From positions 62,001 through 117,185 of the forward strand of contig NW_026576340.1 in the NCBI RefSeq assembly GCF_028641065.1: DNA of 55,185 bases, in the 5' to 3' direction. Every line of letters begins with the position of its first letter. Position 1 is the stretch's first letter. The notes beneath the pieces are model-generated. The model was given only the letters and a program-made list of their open reading frames with translations. It ran no database searches and was not told where the DNA came from. The translations under genes were made by a program, and so were the position numbers. Positions 48,615 to 55,185 of the stretch are shown piece after piece. This DNA is from Leucoraja erinacea (taxonomy: Eukaryota).

Positions 48615-49452
48615 ACGTGTGGGTGTGGGGGCGGGTGTGGGGGTGGGGGCCGGTGTGGGGGTGGGGGCCGGTGTGGGGGGTGGGGGCCGGTGGTGTGGGG
48701 GGGGGTGGGGTGGGGGTGTGGTGGGTGTGGGGGGTGAGGCCGGGGTGGGGGTGGGGGCAGTGTGGGGGGCCGGTGTGGGTGTGGGAGCCGGTGTGGGGGT
48801 GGGGGCCGTTGTGGGTGTGGGGGCCGGTGGTGGGGGGGGGGCCCTTGTGGGTGTGGGAGCCGTTGTGGGTGTGGGGGCGGTGTGGGTGTGTGGAGCCGGC
48901 CGGTGGGGGGTGGGGGCCGTTGTGGGTGTGGGAGCCGGTGTGGGTGTGGGGGTGAGGACCGGTGTGGGGTGTGGGTGTGGGGGCCGGTGTGGGTGTGGGT
49001 GTGGGGGCCGGTGTGGGTGTGGGTGTGGGTGTGGGGGCCGGTGTGGGTGTGGGTGTGGGGGCCGGTGTGGGTGTGGTGTGAGGGCCGGTGTGGGTGTGGG
49101 GGCCGGTGTGGGTGTTGGGGGCCGGTGTGGGTGTGGGGGCCGGTGTGGGGGTGGGTGTGGGTGTGGGGGCCGGTGTGGGTGTGGGGGCCGGCGTGGGTGT
49201 GGGGGCCCGGTGTGGGGGCCGGTGTGGGTGTGGGGGCCGGTGTGGGTGTTGGGGGCAGTGTGGGTGTGGGGGCCGGTGTGGGTGTGGGTGTGAGGGCCGG
49301 TGTGGGTGTGGGTGTGGGGGCCCGGTGTGGGTGTGGGTGTGAGGGCCGGTGTGGGTGTGGGTGTGGGGGCCGGTGTGGGTGTGGGGGCCGGTGTGGGTGT
49401 GGGGGCCGGTGTGGGTGTGTGTGTGTGGGGGCAGTGTGGGGGCCGGTGTGGA
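48615..49452. repeat. G-rich minisatellite (GGGGGCCGGTGTGGGTGT) filling intron 5
   Basis: Tandem 18/24-bp variants. Confidence 0.9.
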
Positions 49453-49558
49453 AGCCGGCCCAGCTCTTGTCCCACTCTTCCCGGTCACAGCCCAGCCCGT
49501 GTCCGCTGTGTGATTGGGTTGAGAGCTGAGGGATGACAACTGTCTCTGTGTTTTACAG

Positions 49559-49588
49559 CGGGGAAGAGCGGCTACAATGCCACCAAGA
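49559..49588 (+). CDS. MHC class I exon 6 (cytoplasmic, [10 protein letters not shown])
   Basis: TTTTACAG acceptor and A|GTAAGT donor, 30 nt, phase 1. Contains the Tyr typical of class I exon 6. Confidence 0.85.
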
Positions 49589-49875
49589 GTAAGTACTGTG
49601 TGTGTGTGCGCACGTCCGTGTGCATCTACGCGTGTCCGTGTGTGTCTGTGTGTGTCTGTGTGTGTCCGTGTATTTTTGTGCGCGTCAGTGTGACTCTTGC
49701 GTATCTGTCCACGTGTGTGCGCTGTGACCGTCTGTGCGCGTCCCCGCCACGTGTACGTGTCCGCGCGAGTCCTTGTGTCCCCGTGCTCGTGTGTGTGCGC
49801 GTGTCCGTCTGTCCGCGCCTCACTGCACCCACGGCGTCGCCAGTTGACGTGTAACGTCGCTCCTTCCCTCCGCAG

Positions 49876-49922
49876 CCTCAGAGCGCGGGGAAAACTCATC
49901 AAACTCCTCTGCTCCAGCCTGA
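49876..49922 (+). CDS. MHC class I exon 7 (cytoplasmic, [15 protein letters not shown])
   Basis: CCGCAG acceptor, Ser-rich tail, TGA at 49920-49922, then donor G|GTAGGA. Confidence 0.82.
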
Positions 49923-50562
49923 GGTAGGAACTGGGACCCCCCGCAAACCCTGTGGGGGTGGCGTTTATTCTGATGGAGGGAGTGGGAGCAGTCGGTATAA
50001 TTCCCGGTGGGTGTGGGGGGGGGGGGGGGGGGGTATTCCCGACGGGGGAGCTGTGGGTTTAATGCCCCGTTGCGGGGGGGGGGGGGGGGGGCTACCGTTT
50101 GTGTGTATATAGTGGGGTGGGGGTTGAGGGGAGGTTTATGCCTGCAGTGTGTGTGTGTGTGTGGGGGGGGGGGGGGTGCGTTATTATATCCAGTGAGGGG
50201 TGGGGGGTGTATTCCCGGGGGGGGAGTTAATCCGGGGAGGGCGGGTTGGTTTTATTGCTGATAATTGAAGGGATGGGGGGGGGGGGGGCGCGACACTGAC
50301 ACGACAGTGACATTAAAGAGACTTGTGGATGGACACGTGGACATGCGGGGAGGGGGGGGGGGGGGGTGACGCGCAGTCAGATAGTTGGTGTCGGCAGCAT
50401 GGTCGGCACAGCCAATGTGGGCCGAAGGGCCTGTTGTTGTGCTGTTCTGTCCTGTGGTGCTGGGGGAGTGTATTGCCGGCAGGGGGCGGGGTTCAGTACT
50501 GCTGCTACACGGGTGGGGCTTGTGTCGCTCGGTAACTAACTCTCTGTATCTGTCTCACCCAG

Positions 50563-50641
50563 GGCCGCCGTGTCCCGCCGCCGCCCCGGGTGCAGGAGCG
50601 TCGGTGGAGAGCGGGACATGTTTGCGGGGTTTCTGCTGTTG

Positions 50642-50677
<36 letters not shown>

Positions 50678-51150
50678 GAGCAATGAGCGCATCTACAGCT
50701 GATTTGGTGATTTGGACTTTGCGCTTCGCTCTGTGGGTCGCTGCTCATTTAATGACTGCACTGGGGGCTGCTGGGGGGGGAGGGGGAAAAGAGGGGGGGG
50801 AGGTGTGAGCAATGGAGGCATCATACAGCTGATTTGGTGATTTTGGACTTTGGCGCTTCGCTCGGTGGGTCGCTGCTCCATTTCAATGACGGCACCCATA
50901 ATGTTCCTGCATTGACGGGGTTCTGGGGGGGAACAGTGCCGATCAGCATCTGGTGGGAATCACAGCTGGAGCGTTGCAGCGGTGGTTGACCCGAGGCCCG
51001 GAGCCACTCGGGGGGCGTTCCTGGCGTTAGGGGGGGGGGGCGGGGCGAATCAGGAAATGTGATTCTTTGCTGGGGGGGGGGGGGGGGGGGCGTGTTCTGC
51101 TTCACTGTCGCCACATAAATGTTCAATAAAATCCAGTGTGTTCTACAGCT
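50563..51150 (+). other. Probable non-coding terminal exon (3'UTR) of the class I gene
   Basis: Branch point ACTAAC ~50535, pyrimidine tract, CAG ending at 50562. The exon ends after AATAAA. Confidence 0.65.
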
Positions 51151-51178
51151 GTTTGTCCGTGGCTGTTTGTGTGTGGTG
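51125..51178 (+). terminator. Polyadenylation signal with GT-rich downstream element
   Basis: AATAAA at 51125-51130 followed by TGTTTGTCCGTGGCTGTTTGTGTGT. Confidence 0.7.
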
Positions 51179-52031
51179 ATTGGGGGGGGGGTGGTGGGTC
51201 ACGGGGATGGGGGGATGGGGGTCACGGAGATTGGGGGGTGAGGGGTCACGGGGATTGAGGGTCTGTCTTGGGGGTTGGGGGTTACTGGGATTGGGGGATG
51301 GGGGTCACAGGGATTGGGGTGGGGGTTACTGGGGTTGGGGTGGGGGTTACTGGGGTTGGGGGGGTGGGGGGTTACTGGGGTTGAGGGGTGGGGGTTACGG
51401 ACGTTGGGAGAGTGGGGGTCACGTCAATTGGGGGGCTGAGGGATCACGGCCATGGGGAGGGGAGCAGTCGCATGCTCGTAGGACAGGCCCTTAACTGAGC
51501 GGGCCAGGCAGCATCTCTGGAGAAAAGGAATGGGTGATGTTTCTATCTTTAACTATCTGCAACAAATTGTACAGATAATGAAACACATGTTCTTGTCCCT
51601 GCCTCCTGCTAACTCATGTGGACGCAGCCTATCGGAGATGGCACATTAGTTCTGACGAGCGGAAAGGGAAATGAACCATTTCCTGTTAATACGTTTCAGT
51701 TTTGATGTCACCATCTTGTTATTCATCGTTGATTTATCTGTTGCCATTTCAGTAAGTTAGAGCAGCTTTCCAGTTTTCTGAATTCCAAAATTTCCGATGT
51801 TCTCGATTTTCTTAACCAAGAATACCCATGTGCCAATCGAGCAGCCTATTAAACGCCGCTTCCGTATCAGCCTTGACCTCCACCCCCTGGCAACGCGGTC
51901 CAGGCACCCATCAACATGTGTGTGAAGTCACTTTATCCGCCCGTTTCCTTGAAACCTTCTTCACCAATGTCCTCTAATCTTACACACTTCAAACCTGGAA
52001 ATAGTTCTTGACTGACCAGAGGCTTCTTCTA

Positions 52032-52039
52032 TATATAAA
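52032..52039 (+). promoter_or_regulatory. TATA box candidate for the GPCR gene
   Basis: TATATAAA about 60 nt upstream of ATG 52101. Confidence 0.45.
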
Positions 52040-52100
52040 TACGGCATTATTTAAGGTCAAGGCATATTACCGGGTGGAACAGGATATCATTCCTCAAAAG

Positions 52101-55100
52101 ATGGAGAGACCCGTAATTTTACAGATTGAACGAATTTACTACCCCATTCTTGGAACAATTGGAGTACCTGGTAAACCATTTAAAACCGGGTAAAACTTGT
52201 TATTGCGAGCAAGTTTCATGCACATGTCTATGGAATTGATGTGTTGCTTTTGATGACGTTAATGTCGAATTTCAAATGAATTCACATCTGTTTTCCCGTT
52301 GTGTTCAATTGATCTAATTCAGCTGATTGTGTGAGGCGGCAAAATAGAAATAGACACATGTCTGGGTTCACATGTGGAAAATTAATGTGAATGGTTTGTT
52401 TGTCGACAAGACAACCAATCCTGAAATATTTAAGAAGGAACTGCAGATGCTGGAAAATCGAAGGTAGACAAAAGTGCTGGAGGAACTCAGCGGGTGCAGC
52501 AGCATCTATGGAGCGAAGGAAATAGGCAACATTTCGGGCCGAAACCCTTCTTCAGATCAGTCTCACTCTGATACAAAAATATACGTGCCGGGTCTAGGGG
52601 ACAGAGGACAGGTTTGTGTCCTCACAAAAAAATGCTGCGGTAACTCGGCGAGGCAGGCAGCATCTCTGGAGAGATCGAATGGGTGGTAGAAATATTTAAA
52701 ATAGTTGCAGAAGGAGACTATTTGGCCCTTCGAGCCTGCATCCACATTTAGTGTGATCATGGCTGATCATCCACAATCCGTAACCCGTGCCTACCTTTCC
52801 CCATGTTCCTTGATTCCGCTACCCCCAAGTGCTCTATCTATATTTTAAATTCATCTAGTGAATTGGTCTCCACTGTGGCAGAGAATTCGCCAAATTCACA
52901 ACTCTCAGGGTGATTTTTTTTTCTTATCTCAGTTTTGAATGACCTCCCCTTTATTCTGAGACTGTGGCCCCTGGTTCTGGACTTCCCCAACATTGGGAAC
53001 ATTTTCCTGCATCTAGCCTGTCCAGTCCTTTTATAATTTTATACGTTTGTATAAGATGCCCATCCTTCTAAACTCCAGTGAATACAAGCCGTCTTTTCAA
53101 TCTTTCATCATATGACAGTCCCTCTATCACAGCGATGAAACTCGTGAACCTACGCTGCACTGCCTCAATCACAATTTCCTCAAATTATGAGACCAAAACT
53201 GTACACAATATTCCAGATGTGGTCTCACCAGAACCCCATACAACTGCAGAAGAACCTCTTTACTCCTATACTGAAATCCTCTTGTTATGAAGGCCAACAT
53301 TCCATTAGCTTTCTTCACTGCCTGCTGTACCTGCACGCCAACTTTCAGTGACCGGTGTACAAGGACACTCGGGTCTCGCTGTACCCCCCCCCTCCCCCCC
53401 CCCCCCCCTTACCTAACCTAATCCCATTGAGATAATAATCTGCCCCCGATGGGTAGGCGGGGAATGGAGGGATCTGGATCTCGACCTGGCAGAGGAGATT
53501 TTCTGAACGTATACAGACATTGAGGAGCGAACGTCCTGCTGGTGCGCTGTACTATTTGTAATCAATACTATAAATATAAATAACTGTCTGGAGAAAAATT
53601 GCAAATGTTCTACTCGATGCGGACGTACAATCAATGGTAAGTAATAATAAGATGGATGATACTTGGTTTGGCAACATTGCCCGGAACCCGCAACCGTACA
53701 GCTGCCTGTCTGCATTTTTACTCGTTATTTCTGCCGACGTGAGTCGAGTCGAGCTCTAGACATCACTATGGCGTTAGTCGTTTAAAGTGGAGTGTTGCAT
53801 TGGCCATGACAACATCCCAAATAATGAATCATGAGTTCCTATTTAAAACAGTCACCAGAGCTTTAGGCAATTCCTTCCTGTCAGCGGTATGTACGGAATT
53901 CAATAACCGGGAATAATTCCAATATTTTAAACAATCAAAGTAAACGATTAAAAAAACAAGGATAAATTAATGTATTGCTCCCAGTTATATCCAAATGAAA
54001 CATTATTTCAAATCTTTAGAATGAAGAAACAATCCAACAAAATTATTTACCTTATAGACACCTCCAACCGGGGTGGGCGGCCACTTTGCCAATGAATGGA
54101 GCCGCGTTATATAAGCCAGTCATGCTTCGTATAAAGCACAATTCAGCGACACCAACCTCCCGCTCAGTACTTGGTCCAGGGTTCTGCAGCAGAGACGTGT
54201 CTGATCTACAGCTGTATTCTGACTTCAGCGCTGCAAAGACCAGACCCACTAGTCAGAGTTGACCGAACGGACACAATTGCAACCGATTTTTCCACTAAAA
54301 CTATCAGATAAATATTGTACAATAAATTCTAATCCAGGTAATGAAACATCACTATTCGGCTTCTCATATCGAATATCATTATTAATATACATTTGTTTTA
54401 TGCAGCAAATTTGTTGGCAATCGTGATCTTATTCCGAGGAAAGTGCGGTCTCTCCAAATGCATCACTCGTTACCTGCTGGGAATGGCTGTCGCTGACTTG
54501 ATGGTCATTACATTTGTATAATTTTATATCAGATTATTAATGCATATTTTCCACATTCCTTCTTCAATCTCACCATTATTTGCAGATTTATTTTAACCAT
54601 GATTTTTATTTCCATGGACTGTTCAGTGTGGCTCACTGTAGCTTTTACTTTCGACCGATTTATTGCTATTTGCCATCAAATGCTACGAACAAAATATTGT
54701 ACTGAAAAGAATGTGACTATCGTGATAGCGGTGGTGTTTTGTACAAGTATTGTGGAAAACATTCCGTACTATTTCATATACAAACCACGGGAGGTAGTTC
54801 GTGGCGTTGAGTGGACGTGCTATGTAAAATCAAGTTTCTACACATTACCCATTTAGGCCGCATTTCTGTGGCTGGAAACGATATTGACTCCGTTTGCTCC
54901 CTATGTGTTGATCTTGCTGCTTAATTCACTGACCATCGGACACATTATAATGGCGAACCGAGTGAGGAGCGGACTACTTGGAAACAACAGTATTGTGAAG
55001 CACACTGACCCAGAGATAGAGAACCGCAGAAAATCCATCGTGTTGCTGCTCGCCATATCTGGCAGCTTTATTCTCTTGTGGATGGTTAATTTGATATGTT

Positions 55101-55185
55101 ACATATCCGTGCAATTTACTGCCACGCTATTTTTGGATGTAAGTTACAATGATCCCTTCACCATTGCTGAGTTATCCGGGTACAT
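52101..55185 (+). pseudogene. GPR139/GPR142-like class A GPCR pseudogene; exon 1 52101-52170, exon 2 from 54406 to the window end
   Basis: The splice gives MERPVILQIERIYYPILGTIGVP|ANLLAIVILFRGKCGLSKCITRYLLGMAVADL, followed by SVWLTVAFTFDRFIAIC, KYCT and DPEIENRRKSIVLLLAIS. There is a frameshift at ~54516-54518 and an in-frame TAG at 54854-54856. Confidence 0.88.
52700..53445 (-). mobile_element. CR1 3' fragment in the GPCR intron
   Basis: Reverse complement of the CR1 3' end seen at 33796-34614. Confidence 0.8.

Larger units (their letters stand above)
19070..49922 (+). other. MHC class I heavy chain gene, classical (UAA-like) type; 7 coding exons, 342 aa from ATG 19070
   Basis: Seven exons joined by phase-1 GT-AG introns give a 1029-nt ORF: leader, alpha1, alpha2, alpha3 (C1-set Ig), TM and cytoplasmic tail. 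The lineage assignment is inferred from the anchor residues. Confidence 0.93.

Noticed and set aside
48235-49902. Long Gly/Val or Pro/Thr mucin- or elastin-like ORFs
   Set aside because: Translation of the intron 5 minisatellite. Only 48332-48436, 49559-49588 and 49876-49922 have splice support.
53655-53815. RFX-like GGCAAC/GACAAC sites in the GPCR intron as another SXY module
   Set aside because: No X2 or Y box at the required spacing.

Overview
Eukaryotic, repeat-dense DNA. The CR1, Rex/Babar, Penelope and V-SINE repeats and the protein motifs point to a cartilaginous fish, probably a skate or ray (inference). The main gene is a complete + strand MHC class I heavy chain spread over about 32 kb: ISRE-S-X-Y promoter at 18.76-18.84 kb, leader 19070-19118, alpha1 33092-33352, alpha2 33436-33708, alpha3 47726-47989, TM 48332-48436, cytoplasmic exons 49559-49588 and 49876-49923, and a 3'UTR exon ending after AATAAA at 51125. 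The spliced ORF is 342 aa and keeps all classical peptide-anchoring residues, but the best-context ATG (19054) is 1 nt out of frame. About 1 kb downstream lies a two-exon GPR139/142-like GPCR pseudogene. The most unexpected signal is a pair of inverted, duplicated S-X-Y (RFX/CREB/NF-Y) modules, each with an ISRE-like motif, 14-16 kb upstream. Both reproduce the class I promoter's 23-nt X-Y spacing, and the first also its 16-nt S-X spacing, so they are candidate distal MHC enhancers or orphan promoters. The rest is nested CR1 and Rex LINEs, Helitrons, MITEs, SINEs, Penelope relics, minisatellites, polypyrimidine tracts and assembly gaps. Most long ORFs in the supplied track are low-complexity artefacts.
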